Of a stretch of DNA of 64,000 bases, positions 17,817 through 27,122 are shown in pieces. Under the pieces are notes generated by a model that saw only the letters and a list, made by a program, of their open reading frames with translations, was not told the DNA's origin and searched no databases. Position numbers and translations under genes: made by a program. This DNA comes from a virus. Taxonomy: Duplodnaviria > Heunggongvirae > Uroviricota > Caudoviricetes. Positions within the stretch are counted from its first letter, which is position 1; every line of letters begins with the position of its first letter. The stretch covers positions 67,759-131,758 of the IMG/VR virus record IMGVR_UViG_3300018481_000018, one strand, 5' to 3'.

Positions 17817-18320
17817 TCACCCTCCCTCCCCGCAGTCGCAACCTTGGGGATCGTGTGGCTGTCCGGGCTGGCACCACGGGTAGCGATACCCCTGGAACTC
17901 GGCGGGCGGCTCCATGCCGAACGACCTGTAGAGATCGGCTATCTCCTGTGCGGTGACCTCGGCCGGGGGCCTGGTGCCCGATCCTGGGCAGAGTGCTCTC
18001 TGGAATGGGCCGATGTCGTGCGTCACGAACCGACCGCCGATGTCGGTGTCGGTGTAGTAGCCACACCGCTCGCACAGGTCGGTCGGCTCGCCCTTCAGGA
18101 CGGCCGCATCGTGGCTGGCCGCTTCCAGTCGTCTCTTGATCTCCTCAGCCGAGGCGGGCTTGAGGCGGAGGTACTCACACGCGCTCACCAGGTCACAGCC
18201 AGTGTCGTAGCAGTCCTGGCAGTAGTCGACGTCCGGGCGGCCGTCTCGACCCGAGTGCGTGAACGGAACCCGACTGATCGGCAGGCTCCGCTCACAGCAC
18301 TCGCAGTCTTTGTAAGGCAT
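17817..18320 (-). CDS. hypothetical Cys-rich protein (167 aa)
   Basis: ATG 18320 (MPYKDCECCERS..) adjacent to upstream stop; many CxxC. Confidence 0.55.
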   Translation of the reverse strand: MPYKDCECCERSLPISRVPFTHSGRDGRPDVDYCQDCYDTGCDLVSACEYLRLKPASAEEIKRRLEAASHDAAVLKGEPTDLCERCGYYTDTDIGGRFVTHDIGPFQRALCPGSGTRPPAEVTAQEIADLYRSFGMEPPAEFQGYRYPWCQPGQPHDPQGCDCGEGG

Positions 18321-18322
18321 GG

Positions 18323-19141
18323 TCAGGCCATCACGTGCTCGCCCTGGGTGGCAGGGCAGACCGCGTTCTCGGTCGAATCGTCGAGCACGACCCGGCCGTC
18401 GGCCAGTTGCTTGACGACCGAGACGCACGTGCTGCACATGCCGCGCTTGACCGGCGCGTTGCCAGCTTCGCGCTGGGCGTTGACGGCCTCATCCACGATC
18501 CGATCGCCCTGGGTGGCTCCGGGCTTGTAGCCCGCCTTGGTGGCCCCCTTGGGCTCCTGGTACATGAACAGGTAGCCGCCGCCGTTGTCCAGGACTCCGA
18601 CCCGACCGAGTCGCCCGGTCTTGAGCAGGAAGTCCAGCATGGCCAAGGCGGCCACGCTGTCGGCAGGGTCGACTTCGGCCAGCGCGTCCTCGAACGTTGC
18701 CGGTCCCGTGTTCATCAGTCCACCCAGCGCGCTGTTCACGGCGTTCTGGACGAGCGTCGAAATGTCGGGCTGCGGAGCGGCCGCCGCCGGCTGGGTGGTG
18801 AAGGCGGAGCCCGGAAGGGGCGCGATCCCCAGGTCGGAGCAGAGCCGCTCGTAGATGTCCGGCTTCTCGCCGATGTACTCGTTCAGGTACTCCTCGACCG
18901 TGCGGTCGGGGCCGACGTGCTGCTGGAACAGGTCGTAGTGCTCCGTGATGTGGTCGATCTGGGCGGCGGTGATGATTGCGCCCGGTCGCACGATGTCTTT
19001 CGTCATGGATTCCTCCTGGTGGTGTTCATGGCAAGTGGCGTACGGCCCGTATGGCCCCTGCGAGACGTGCGCGGCGGGGCGGGGAGGTTCGATCCCGTCC
19101 TCGATGCACCGCTCGCAGAGACCATCCAGGTATCCGTCCAT
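18323..19141 (-). CDS. hypothetical protein (272 aa; alt start 19006 with CCAGGAGGAA SD)
   Basis: ORF track; ATG 19141 shares a base with MoxR stop (TGATG). Confidence 0.6.
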   Translation of the reverse strand: MDGYLDGLCERCIEDGIEPPRPAAHVSQGPYGPYATCHEHHQEESMTKDIVRPGAIITAAQIDHITEHYDLFQQHVGPDRTVEEYLNEYIGEKPDIYERLCSDLGIAPLPGSAFTTQPAAAAPQPDISTLVQNAVNSALGGLMNTGPATFEDALAEVDPADSVAALAMLDFLLKTGRLGRVGVLDNGGGYLFMYQEPKGATKAGYKPGATQGDRIVDEAVNAQREAGNAPVKRGMCSTCVSVVKQLADGRVVLDDSTENAVCPATQGEHVMA

Positions 19142-20400
19142 CAGGCCGGCGAGTTGACGGCTGCGGCGTTGGCCAGGTTCTGCTGGGCCGTGGCGTCGAT
19201 GCCGAAGATGTCCTTGCCGATCTGGAGCTTGAACGAGTTCGCCTTGCCGATCACCTCGACCAGCCGAGTGGTCGCCGCACCAGCGGCCTGGGCCTTGGTG
19301 AGGTGCTCGTTGGCCTCAGCGAGCAGGCGGTCGATGTTCTTGACCTGCTCCACGCCGATCCGCTTCTTGCGGCTGTCGTCGACGTCGGGCTTGGACGCGG
19401 CGTTGATCTCGTCACGCACCTTGTCCAGGTCCTCGAGCAGGTCCAGTGCAGCCTTCTCGCCGGGGTTGGTGGCGGCCAGGATGACCGACCGGGCCTCGGG
19501 ACGCTGCTCCTGCACGGTCCACCACATGTTGGCGAGGACGTCCAGGTCGGCGACCTTCACCTCGTTGTGACCCCGGACCCAGGCGTTGGCCATGACGGCG
19601 GCCATGCCTTCGACCGAACGGCGGTCGCTGATGTTGATCTGGGCCTTGCCCTGGCGCAGCTCGTCGCGAATGTCGAAGAACATCGCCACCACCGGGTCGG
19701 ACACCGGCAGGGCCAGCGCCTCCTTGTGGGCCTGGTCGAGCTCGTCGAGCGTGACGATCGTCTTGCTCTGGCCGGGCACCATGGTGCTCACGCCGCGACC
19801 CACCAGGGCCATGCGAGCGATCGCGTCGCCCACCAGGTCGATCTGGTTCTGGCGGTCGGCCACGTAGTCGACGATGTGCCGGATGTGGATTCGGTCCCAC
19901 AGCGCGGCCTGGTCGGCATCGGCGTTCAGCTTGTTGGTGCCGGCGAACATCGAGCGCAGCTCGATCTCGTGCGGGATGCCGTTGTTGTGGAACACCCGCT
20001 CGTTCAGGATCGGCTGCATCGAGTGGAGCAGCGGACCGTTGGCGTTGAAGAACTCGTCGCAGAAGGCGTGAGTCGCCTCCGGCAGCATGCCGGTGGTGAC
20101 GCGGCGGGTCTTGCCGTCCTCGACCATGGCCTTGATGTCAGGCGGGCCGAAGACCTGCGAGGGGTCCGTGGTCTCGTCGAACGCGGACTCGAAGTACACC
20201 GAGCCCTCGATGTGGCTGCACATCCGACGGACGGCGTAGGACTTGCCGGTACCTGCCGGGCCGAGCATGAGCAGGTGCTCCTGAGCGACGGCGGCGACCC
20301 ACATGTCGTGGATCAGGGCCTCGCGCTCCTTGATGTCCTGGCTCATCTCGGCCACGATGTTGAGCACGCGGTCCTGAACGCTCGTGGTAGTGGTGGTCAT
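19141..20400 (-). CDS. MoxR-like AAA+ ATPase (AAA_5 type)
   Basis: Walker A LGPAGTGKS; MoxR-like spacing of later motifs; ATG 20400 preceded by GAGGAGGAGAC; ORF-track N-terminal Arg-rich 145 aa rejected. Confidence 0.8.
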   Translation of the reverse strand: MTTTTTSVQDRVLNIVAEMSQDIKEREALIHDMWVAAVAQEHLLMLGPAGTGKSYAVRRMCSHIEGSVYFESAFDETTDPSQVFGPPDIKAMVEDGKTRRVTTGMLPEATHAFCDEFFNANGPLLHSMQPILNERVFHNNGIPHEIELRSMFAGTNKLNADADQAALWDRIHIRHIVDYVADRQNQIDLVGDAIARMALVGRGVSTMVPGQSKTIVTLDELDQAHKEALALPVSDPVVAMFFDIRDELRQGKAQINISDRRSVEGMAAVMANAWVRGHNEVKVADLDVLANMWWTVQEQRPEARSVILAATNPGEKAALDLLEDLDKVRDEINAASKPDVDDSRKKRIGVEQVKNIDRLLAEANEHLTKAQAAGAATTRLVEVIGKANSFKLQIGKDIFGIDATAQQNLANAAAVNSPA

Positions 20401-20425
20401 GCGAGTCTCCTCCTCGGAGATTGGG

Positions 20426-20446
20426 TTCTGGACGTTCGTCTGAACT
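20426..20446. promoter_or_regulatory. imperfect palindrome GTTCTGGACG-TT-CGTCTGAAC (operator-like family member)
   Basis: ~26 nt upstream of MoxR start; related to sites at 35145, 44976, 46649, 47119. Confidence 0.4.
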
Positions 20447-20465
20447 GGCAGTTCGTTGGTAGCGG

Positions 20466-21701
20466 TCACTCTTGCCGCATGTGCTTGCGCTCGCGGATCG
20501 TTGCCCGAGCCCGTTTCTGCTGGCTTCGCTGTGCAGCCTCTCGGGCGTAGGCGATGAGGGTATCTTCCTCGCCGGTCAGGGACGCAACGGTTCGCGCCTC
20601 GTCCCACTTCTCGGCGATCTCGCCGTGATTCACCTGGGCGTGACAGTTGACCACGAACGTGCCGGTGGGTAGGTGCATGGTCAGGCTGTGCTGGTAGTCG
20701 AACCCGCTTTGAGTTTCGCCGTCGTGGACACTCTCGATGCTGACGGTGACCCCAGAGGCGTCGCCGCTGAGCAGCGCCTTCTGGAAGTCGTTCTCGGTCT
20801 TGTCGTCGATCACCATGCCGATGCCTCGCAGGCATGTTTGGAGCTCCCTGTAGAGGCGAAGGGCCTCGGTCAGGGTGGGCGTGCCGTCGAGGTAGTCGGT
20901 GAGGTCGGTGGTGAAGCCGCTGTGCATGTTCGTCTCGTACAGCTCCAGGTCCATCCAGGTCGGGTTCTCCGGGTCGCGGAGGTCGGGCACTTGAATGGTC
21001 TCGAAGTCGTCGATGTTGCGCACCTGGTTCAGTAGTCCTTCGACCAGCGCTCGCTCGGAGGTGTACTGGTTACGACCCAGCCAAGCAGCCCAGGTTGCCG
21101 GGTCGTCCCGGACGAACTCGCGTGCCGTGGCTGCCGCCTGGGTGTTCGGTGATACCGAGTTGATCAAGGTGTCGAAGGTGTGGTTCTGCACCCTGTAGGC
21201 AGCTGGGTGCAGCGCCTCCCACGCCCTGATCCCCACCGGCGCGGTGCGAGGAAGCATGACTGCGGTCTCGATCTTGTGCGCGCTGGATCCATTGGGATGG
21301 ACCCGGCCAGCGCTGACTACGACCAGCGCTTCGATCGGCAGCGTGGGATGTTTGAAGCGCCACCACACATTCGTCTTCGTGTGGAAGTTTTGGTCGAGGA
21401 CGTACAGCTCGGCGCGCGTCTCGGCCGGCTTGAAGCCCGCCTCGTCCTCGACCCTCTCCTCGTAGTCGTGCAGGGGCATCCAGATCGACGCCGCGTTCTT
21501 CTCGGCGTATGCCTGGACGGTGCGCATCACGAGTTCGTCCATGTCCTTGGTGAACGCGCTCAGGTCGGTGCCCGCGACGCGAACCTTCCGACCCGAGCCG
21601 GACTGCTCGAGCGCGGGTTCGGCCACGATCGTTCCGTCGGTGAGCAGCCACTGGCGCGACTGCTCAAAGTTGGTTCGTGGGTGCCAGGCTGTCTGCCCCA
21701 T
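20466..21701 (-). CDS. hypothetical protein (411 aa)
   Basis: ORF track; SD CGAGGAGGCTCAGC before ATG 21701. Confidence 0.6.
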   Translation of the reverse strand: MGQTAWHPRTNFEQSRQWLLTDGTIVAEPALEQSGSGRKVRVAGTDLSAFTKDMDELVMRTVQAYAEKNAASIWMPLHDYEERVEDEAGFKPAETRAELYVLDQNFHTKTNVWWRFKHPTLPIEALVVVSAGRVHPNGSSAHKIETAVMLPRTAPVGIRAWEALHPAAYRVQNHTFDTLINSVSPNTQAAATAREFVRDDPATWAAWLGRNQYTSERALVEGLLNQVRNIDDFETIQVPDLRDPENPTWMDLELYETNMHSGFTTDLTDYLDGTPTLTEALRLYRELQTCLRGIGMVIDDKTENDFQKALLSGDASGVTVSIESVHDGETQSGFDYQHSLTMHLPTGTFVVNCHAQVNHGEIAEKWDEARTVASLTGEEDTLIAYAREAAQRSQQKRARATIRERKHMRQE

Positions 21702-22491
21702 GCTGAGCCTCCTCGGGCCTCTTGAGTCGGGTGGTCTTGGCGGGTTGTTCGGCTTGGATCAGTGCGAGCAGGCGGTCGATCGCCTGAGTGGTACCCAGAG
21801 GCTTACTGCCTGCCTTCACGATAGGGATGCGTTCTGACATCCCCCACGGCTCGGCGGAGCCGGCAGTGCGGGCCTGGTTCTCGTACCTCAAGTAGCGTCG
21901 TTCGATCAGTTTCTCGTAGCGCACCCAGTCCTCCAGGATCGTCTCATCGACCACGCGTTCGGAGCGACCGGGCCAGCCCTGGTCGAGGGCGGGCTGGATG
22001 GTCCAGCTGCCGGCGCGCGCCTTGAGTTCGACCCAGCGGTTGGTCTGGGAGTAGGTGCGGCACCCGAGCAGGTCCTCGCTGACGTAGTGGCGGCGATCGT
22101 TCCAGTCCTGCAATCCCCGGTAGCCGATGTACTCCATCGGCTTGTCGGCTATGAGCCACTGGTAGCGGCCGTGCAGGTGGCTCCACTGAAGGAAGGGCAC
22201 GTACTCGGTGATCCTGCTGCGGCGGGTGTAGCCCCACATGGTGTTGAACATGAAGCGCCCGCCCCGAGTCAAGGTGAAGTGGGTACTGAGCCCTCGGTCC
22301 CCCCACTGTTGACCAAGGCCGATGCAGTCATCCGGTGAAGGCGAGGAGTCCTGGTGCTGCCACTCCACGCCCCAGGCGAAGCGCCCGAAGGCGCAGACCT
22401 CGTTGCCCCAGGCATTCAGGACGGCTTCCCACTGGCGGAACAGGGCGATTGCTGGTTGCGCGTCGGGTTGCTCGAACAGAGCATCGTTCAT
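21664..22491 (-). CDS. hypothetical protein (275 aa)
   Basis: ORF track; SD GAAGGAGAAACC before ATG 22491; first gene downstream of repeat element B. Confidence 0.6.
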   Translation of the reverse strand: MNDALFEQPDAQPAIALFRQWEAVLNAWGNEVCAFGRFAWGVEWQHQDSSPSPDDCIGLGQQWGDRGLSTHFTLTRGGRFMFNTMWGYTRRSRITEYVPFLQWSHLHGRYQWLIADKPMEYIGYRGLQDWNDRRHYVSEDLLGCRTYSQTNRWVELKARAGSWTIQPALDQGWPGRSERVVDETILEDWVRYEKLIERRYLRYENQARTAGSAEPWGMSERIPIVKAGSKPLGTTQAIDRLLALIQAEQPAKTTRLKRPEEAQHGADSLAPTNQL

Positions 22492-22504
22492 GGTTTCTCC
22501 TTCG

Positions 22505-22600
22505 ATCCATGGAAACTCCGAATCGACGGGACGATGGAGTTGTCACGCCACGCGAATACCGCCTCACGCATCACGCGTCACGCGGCGTGTGTGCGCCTGG
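22505..22600 (-). repeat. intergenic repeat element B: GGAAACTCCGAATCGACGGGACGATGG core plus 3 tandem TCACGCR heptads
   Basis: Homologous copies at 3965-4050 and 37185-37275; heptads overlap stop codon of gene 22571..22921. Confidence 0.7.
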
Positions 22601-22921
22601 CTTCCACGATGGGTGATAGCCGTTGCGGGCCACGTTGGCGGCCGCGCTCAGGCCCTCCTTGATGCCGGTGAGGATGTTGTGGCTGGCCTGGCTCACGCCT
22701 TCTGGGTCGTAGTCGTTCCATCCTCGGCCCTGGTCGTCGCGCTCGCCCTCGATGTCCTTGGCGATCTGCTCGCGTTGCCTGGCGAGCATGTCCTCGGCGA
22801 ATGCGAGCAGGTCCAGTTCAGCCTCCAGTCCTTCAGTGTCGGCGTAGCGGGTCGCGTCCAGGGTCTTGGCGACTCTCGCCATCACCCAGGGGTCCTTGTG
22901 CAAGTCGCTCGTCATCCCCAC
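22571..22921 (-). CDS. hypothetical protein (116 aa) ending ..TPRDA*
   Basis: ORF track; last codons encoded by the heptad repeat. Confidence 0.5.
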   Translation of the reverse strand: MGMTSDLHKDPWVMARVAKTLDATRYADTEGLEAELDLLAFAEDMLARQREQIAKDIEGERDDQGRGWNDYDPEGVSQASHNILTGIKEGLSAAANVARNGYHPSWKPGAHTPRDA

Positions 22922-23322
22922 CCCTTGTCACCGTTGGGCCACAAGAACTCAGGCACCTCGTGGATGACCGTGCCATTCTGGATTCGGTAGCGCGAGAAGT
23001 CGGAGGACTCCTCGCCGTCCAGGTAGAGCGCGCCGATCATGGTCGCGCCCTGCTTCTTCGCGACATCGGCCAAGGTGCCAACTGTCTCGTCCAGGGTGTA
23101 CGCCTTGAACGGCTCCTCGAGGCGGCACTCAACCTCGGTCCAGGAGTTGCCCGAGATCACCGCGATCTGCCCGTTGACCAGGCCCACGGTGTCCGGCGTG
23201 CCGCCCGACTTGCAGATCAACTCGCTTTCACCGTCCTCGTGCATGTCCAGCTGCTCGATCACGCTGTCGGGTAGGGATGGCTCGATCTTGTAGCCCCCTA
23301 TGACGTAAGTCTCGTAGCCCAT
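22912..23322 (-). CDS. hypothetical protein (136 aa)
   Basis: ATG 23322 (MGYETYVIGGYK..) preceded by AAGGAGCACTT; ORF-track extension junk. Confidence 0.55.
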   Translation of the reverse strand: MGYETYVIGGYKIEPSLPDSVIEQLDMHEDGESELICKSGGTPDTVGLVNGQIAVISGNSWTEVECRLEEPFKAYTLDETVGTLADVAKKQGATMIGALYLDGEESSDFSRYRIQNGTVIHEVPEFLWPNGDKGWG

Positions 23323-23705
23323 AAGTGCTCCTTGTGTCCTGGGTGGACCTGGGCTCCGCAGCGGCCGTGACAGGTGTCGCAGACGTACTCGGGCCAGTTG
23401 GCAGTCATCGTTCCCCCGCATCGTTGAGCGGTCAGATCGCGTTGTTCGATGTCGTTGCAGCAGGGAAGCTTCACGCTGATCGCCTCCCAAGGCTCGTGTT
23501 GGCCGTATGTGGAACGCTCGATCTCGTGGGACCAGCAAGTCCACCAATCGCGAGGTCGGCCGTCGGGTGGAGTGTCGACCGGAATCCAGGTCGTGCCGCT
23601 GGTTGCGCCGGTGTGCTTGAGCATCAGCTGGCAGTGGATGCACGGCGAGTTGCGGTAAGGCCCCTTCGGGTAGTGGTTCGGTCGGAGTTGGGTTTGGTCA
23701 CGCAT
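23298..23705 (-). CDS. hypothetical Cys/His-rich protein (135 aa)
   Basis: ORF track. Confidence 0.55.
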   Translation of the reverse strand: MRDQTQLRPNHYPKGPYRNSPCIHCQLMLKHTGATSGTTWIPVDTPPDGRPRDWWTCWSHEIERSTYGQHEPWEAISVKLPCCNDIEQRDLTAQRCGGTMTANWPEYVCDTCHGRCGAQVHPGHKEHLWATRLTS

Positions 23706-24354
23706 CGCCCTTGATCGCCTTCCTCATCCGATCGTGGAACTCGTCCCAGATCGCCTTGTTGACCTCTCGGTCGGGCACGCCTTCGATGGCGTCGAGCTGC
23801 GCCCGTCGCCACGAGTTGACCGCTTCGATCCGCTTGTCCTTCTCATGCTGCTCGAGCGTCTTGGGGGCCCAGCGCTTGGACTCGTTCTCGATCTGGGCGA
23901 TCCGGTTCTGCTCGATCAGCTCAGCATGGATGGCCTCATCGAAGGGCCGCATGAGGTCGAACAGGGCCTGGTTCATGGGCGAGTAGGGCCAGTCCTCTTG
24001 ATCGCGGTCGACCAGCGATCCGTCGTCGAGGTGGTACCACCGACCCTTGCTGCTCTCGGGCTCGTCAGTCCGCCATTCCACCCGGCGGTCGTGCGCGTGG
24101 CACAGGGAGTCCAGGTTCTCCACCATCGGGATTTCGGGCGGAACGTCCACGTCGAGGTCCTCGACGGCGTGAGCGGTGCCGTAGGGCGCGCCAGTCTCGT
24201 AGTGGAACTCCTCGAACAGGTACAGGTGGCCGAACTTCTCGCGGATGCCGATGAAGCCCCGGCTCTCGGCCCGCCACGCGCCGACGACGAGGTTCCGGGA
24301 TCTGATGCGGTAGACGCGTCGATCCACAAGCTCGGGCATGGGGATGGATTCCAT
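23698..24354 (-). CDS. hypothetical protein (218 aa)
   Basis: ORF track; first gene after promoter-like motif at 24368-24408; SD TGAGGAGCC. Confidence 0.6.
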   Translation of the reverse strand: MESIPMPELVDRRVYRIRSRNLVVGAWRAESRGFIGIREKFGHLYLFEEFHYETGAPYGTAHAVEDLDVDVPPEIPMVENLDSLCHAHDRRVEWRTDEPESSKGRWYHLDDGSLVDRDQEDWPYSPMNQALFDLMRPFDEAIHAELIEQNRIAQIENESKRWAPKTLEQHEKDKRIEAVNSWRRAQLDAIEGVPDREVNKAIWDEFHDRMRKAIKGDA

Positions 24355-24367
24355 GAGGCTCCTCAGG

Positions 24368-24408
24368 ATTTCGCGTGGGTGGTGTTGAGGTCCAATGTTC
24401 GGATTGAG
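24368..24408 (-). promoter_or_regulatory. conserved promoter-like 40-mer (CAATCCGAACATTGGACCTCAACACCACCCACGCGAAATC on - strand)
   Basis: Third copy of the long motif; 14 nt upstream of ATG 24354. Confidence 0.55.
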
Positions 24409-24420
24409 GCTAGTCGAAGC

Positions 24421-24858
24421 TCACGCCTCACCTTGGCCGTCCTCTAGGAACTCGTCGGTCGGCTTGTCGCCCGTGAAGTCCGGGTCGATCCCGAACAGGT
24501 CGCTCGCCTTGGGGCGTGAGCGCTCGAGCATCGCGCCCATGACGAAGCCGTCGAAGTACGCCTGCACCGACTTGACGTAGGACTCGTGCGACGCGGGATC
24601 GCCCATCACCCGTATCCAGTCAGCGCCGGTCTCGATGTTGTGCAACGCCATGCCGGCCTGCATGGCGCAGTAGGCGATGGAGTCGAAGTCGCCGAGTGCT
24701 TCGTAGGCGGCTCGCCAGGAGGTCATGGCCTGGTTGATCGACGTGGCTTCCGTCTGGTCAGCCTTGAGCTTCAGGATGATCTCCGACAGCTTCCAGAAGT
24801 CGGGATGCTCCGGACGCTTGATGCCGGTCGGTGCGGTCAGGATGTCGTTGATGTCCAT
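24421..24858 (-). CDS. hypothetical protein (145 aa)
   Basis: ORF track. Confidence 0.55.
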   Translation of the reverse strand: MDINDILTAPTGIKRPEHPDFWKLSEIILKLKADQTEATSINQAMTSWRAAYEALGDFDSIAYCAMQAGMALHNIETGADWIRVMGDPASHESYVKSVQAYFDGFVMGAMLERSRPKASDLFGIDPDFTGDKPTDEFLEDGQGEA

Positions 24859-25262
24859 CAGGTTCCTCCCAGGATGGATTGAATGGCGGCCCGTTCTTCC
24901 TCAGGGTCAACTGGCGGCGGCTTGAGTGGAATCTCGCCGTCCTCCCAGAGGGTGGTGAGGAACTTCATCAGGTCGTACGCCTCCTCCCCTTCGGGAACGG
25001 GGCCGTTCGCGCGCTCCCATTCGGCGATCATGGCTGGGTCGGCTTTCGGAATGTCGAAGGCGCTGGCCCAGGGGACCTCGAAGCAGGTGGTGAACCATTC
25101 CTGCTGGATGTAGACGTCGGGATGATTGCCGATCGCGTCCGCCAGGCCCTTGTTCCACTCTTCGGCAGACGCCTGGGACTTGAAGGCTCCTGTCCAGAGC
25201 GGCTCGGCGGCCTCGACCATCGAGCCACCGCCACTGTGAAGTGCCACGACCCACATACTCAT
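24858..25262 (-). CDS. hypothetical protein (134 aa)
   Basis: ORF track. Confidence 0.55.
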   Translation of the reverse strand: MSMWVVALHSGGGSMVEAAEPLWTGAFKSQASAEEWNKGLADAIGNHPDVYIQQEWFTTCFEVPWASAFDIPKADPAMIAEWERANGPVPEGEEAYDLMKFLTTLWEDGEIPLKPPPVDPEEERAAIQSILGGT

Positions 25263-25480
25263 GGCATGACCTCCCTCAGGACGACACGCTTGCCCTTGAT
25301 GCAGATGCGCTCGCTTTCGAGCTCACCCACTTCACCATCCTTGAGTGCGCAGGCGGTGTTGAAGTCGTCGTGCTGATTCAGGCGCTCGTCCAAACGCTCT
25401 GGGAGCGGCCAGATCGCCCAGGTAACGAACCCGACCAGGCTCAGGTAGACGGCTCCGGCCTTCCAGTTTCGCTCCATCAC
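25259..25480 (-). CDS. hypothetical membrane-associated small protein (73 aa)
   Basis: ORF track; ATGA overlap. Confidence 0.5.
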   Translation of the reverse strand: MMERNWKAGAVYLSLVGFVTWAIWPLPERLDERLNQHDDFNTACALKDGEVGELESERICIKGKRVVLREVMP

Positions 25481-25767
25481 CGCGCCTCCTTGATGCTTTG
25501 GATCGCGGCTTCGATCTCATCGGGCTCGGGAGCCTCGAAGATGACCTCATATCGCTCTACCGGCAACTGCCAGGTGTGAGAGGAGGTCGCGTCGTCGAGG
25601 TGAATCCAGAGGTGCCCGTCGTTGGTGTGCTTGGGCTCGAAAGTCGGCCACTCCTCCTTGACGCGCGGGTCGGCCTCAGGATCGATGAGCGTGCCCACCT
25701 TCCCAATGAAGGAGTCCGAGCTTCCGTCGTCGATCACTATCACGCGGTCGCCGATCTTGACTGCCAT
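25477..25767 (-). CDS. hypothetical protein (96 aa)
   Basis: ORF track. Confidence 0.55.
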   Translation of the reverse strand: MAVKIGDRVIVIDDGSSDSFIGKVGTLIDPEADPRVKEEWPTFEPKHTNDGHLWIHLDDATSSHTWQLPVERYEVIFEAPEPDEIEAAIQSIKEAR

Positions 25768-25771
25768 GTCG

Positions 25772-26098
25772 TTACACCTCGTTGAGGATGTCGATGCGGG
25801 GGAGGTCGCACTCCTCCGCGAACTCGTCGAGGACCTCGGTGAGCGTCATGTTGTGCTGGCTTGGCAGCGTGAGGATGTGGTCGATGTTGTTCTGAACGTG
25901 CGTCCGAACCTCCTGGAGGAACTGCTCCATCCTGAACTTCTTGAGGTAGCCGGCGTCGGCCGGCAAGGTCGTCACTTCGTCGATCACCAGGTCGTCCGGC
26001 GTCTCGGTGATGTGAACCTGGAACATGACGCCCTCGAACGCACGTTCCTCACTCGTGGCGACATAGCCGTCGACTTGCAGTACATGCTTGGTGTTCAC
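25772..26098 (-). CDS. hypothetical protein (108 aa), coupled to ligase gene
   Basis: GTG 26098..26096 overlaps ligase stop (GTGA), preceded by GGAGG; ORF-track start 26149 would overlap ligase by 55 nt. Confidence 0.5.
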   Translation of the reverse strand: MNTKHVLQVDGYVATSEERAFEGVMFQVHITETPDDLVIDEVTTLPADAGYLKKFRMEQFLQEVRTHVQNNIDHILTLPSQHNMTLTEVLDEFAEECDLPRIDILNEV

Positions 26099-26904
26099 AG
26101 CGCCTCCAGGACCTTCTTGTTCACGTGCCGGAGTTGGCCGGTGGTGCATTCGTGCATCGCCTTGTCGTCCCGCTTGCGCAGGATGGTGGGCTGGTAGAGC
26201 CGCCCGCCGGCACCGGTGTAGAGGTAACGCACCTCGAGCACGTCACCCATGGCGATAGTCCCGCCCTTCTCCTTGCCAATCAGACTGGCGCGGCCCACTG
26301 AGACCACATCCCCGTCCTCGACCAGCCCCAGGTCCACGGAGTCCTTGCCGTCGGTTCGGACGCCCGTCACGATGCAGTCGGCGGTCGAGACGAACTTGAG
26401 CTTGAGCCACTCCTCGGTGCGGCCACCGGATCTGTAGGGCGAGTTCGCCTTCTTGAGCATGAGTCCCTCGAAGCCATCTTGCAGAGCGCGGCTGGCGAGT
26501 TTGATCTTCTCGTCGAGCGTCTTCGCCTGAGGTACCAACTTGAAGTCGTTGGGCACCGAGCCCAGGAAGGTCTCCAAGCCTGCGCGCCGCTGGAAGAGCG
26601 GCTTGTCGGCCCACAGCAGTGTGGGCGTCAGGGGCATGTCGAACACCCAGAAGACGTCTCCCACGAGCTCGCCGTCCAGCGCCCACTCCCCTGCCGGGAA
26701 GCGGAAGTCGATCACGCTGCGCGGCAACTTCTTGGAGTAGATCGAGCCGTTGCGGGTGATGGCGTTGCCGGGCATGTCCATGCCGGGCGACATCAGCAGG
26801 ATGCGGTTGCCGTCCAACTTCTGCTCCATGACCCAGGAGTCGTCCTTGATGAATGCTTCGAGCGAGGTCACCTCGGCCGACTTGGCCAGTTGGGGGTACA
26901 ACAT
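26095..26904 (-). CDS. ATP-dependent DNA ligase (minimal, ~269 aa)
   Basis: Adenylation motif I EQKLDGNR; further nucleotidyltransferase motifs (FDxP, EGLMLK, KLK); ATG 26904..26902 overlaps upstream stop; ORF-track N-terminal 118 aa extension is junk. Confidence 0.8.
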   Translation of the reverse strand: MLYPQLAKSAEVTSLEAFIKDDSWVMEQKLDGNRILLMSPGMDMPGNAITRNGSIYSKKLPRSVIDFRFPAGEWALDGELVGDVFWVFDMPLTPTLLWADKPLFQRRAGLETFLGSVPNDFKLVPQAKTLDEKIKLASRALQDGFEGLMLKKANSPYRSGGRTEEWLKLKFVSTADCIVTGVRTDGKDSVDLGLVEDGDVVSVGRASLIGKEKGGTIAMGDVLEVRYLYTGAGGRLYQPTILRKRDDKAMHECTTGQLRHVNKKVLEAL

Positions 26905-27122
26905 CACTTCACCTCCAAGGTGATGATCGGGTCGAACTCGAAGAATCCGACGATGAGGCCGAATCCGTAGATGAGGAAGAAGAAGACGGCCACCGTGAAC
27001 ACGCCAGCGAACAACGCAGGCAGCCAGCCGGGGCCGATCTCGCCCATCCCTGTCACCAGGACCATCCACCAACAGCCAGCTGCGATGAACGGGGCCAGGA
27101 TGAACAGCAGCGACAGCATCAC
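26904..27122 (-). CDS. small integral membrane protein (72 aa, 2-3 TM)
   Basis: ORF track; highly hydrophobic; ATGA overlaps both sides. Confidence 0.5.
   Translation of the reverse strand: MMLSLLFILAPFIAAGCWWMVLVTGMGEIGPGWLPALFAGVFTVAVFFFLIYGFGLIVGFFEFDPIITLEVK

Noticed and set aside
18335-20550. Long plus-strand ORFs (411 and 524 aa) antisense to the MoxR gene and gene 18323-19141
   Set aside because: These are antisense shadows with junk composition. The minus-strand frames have Walker A and other motifs.
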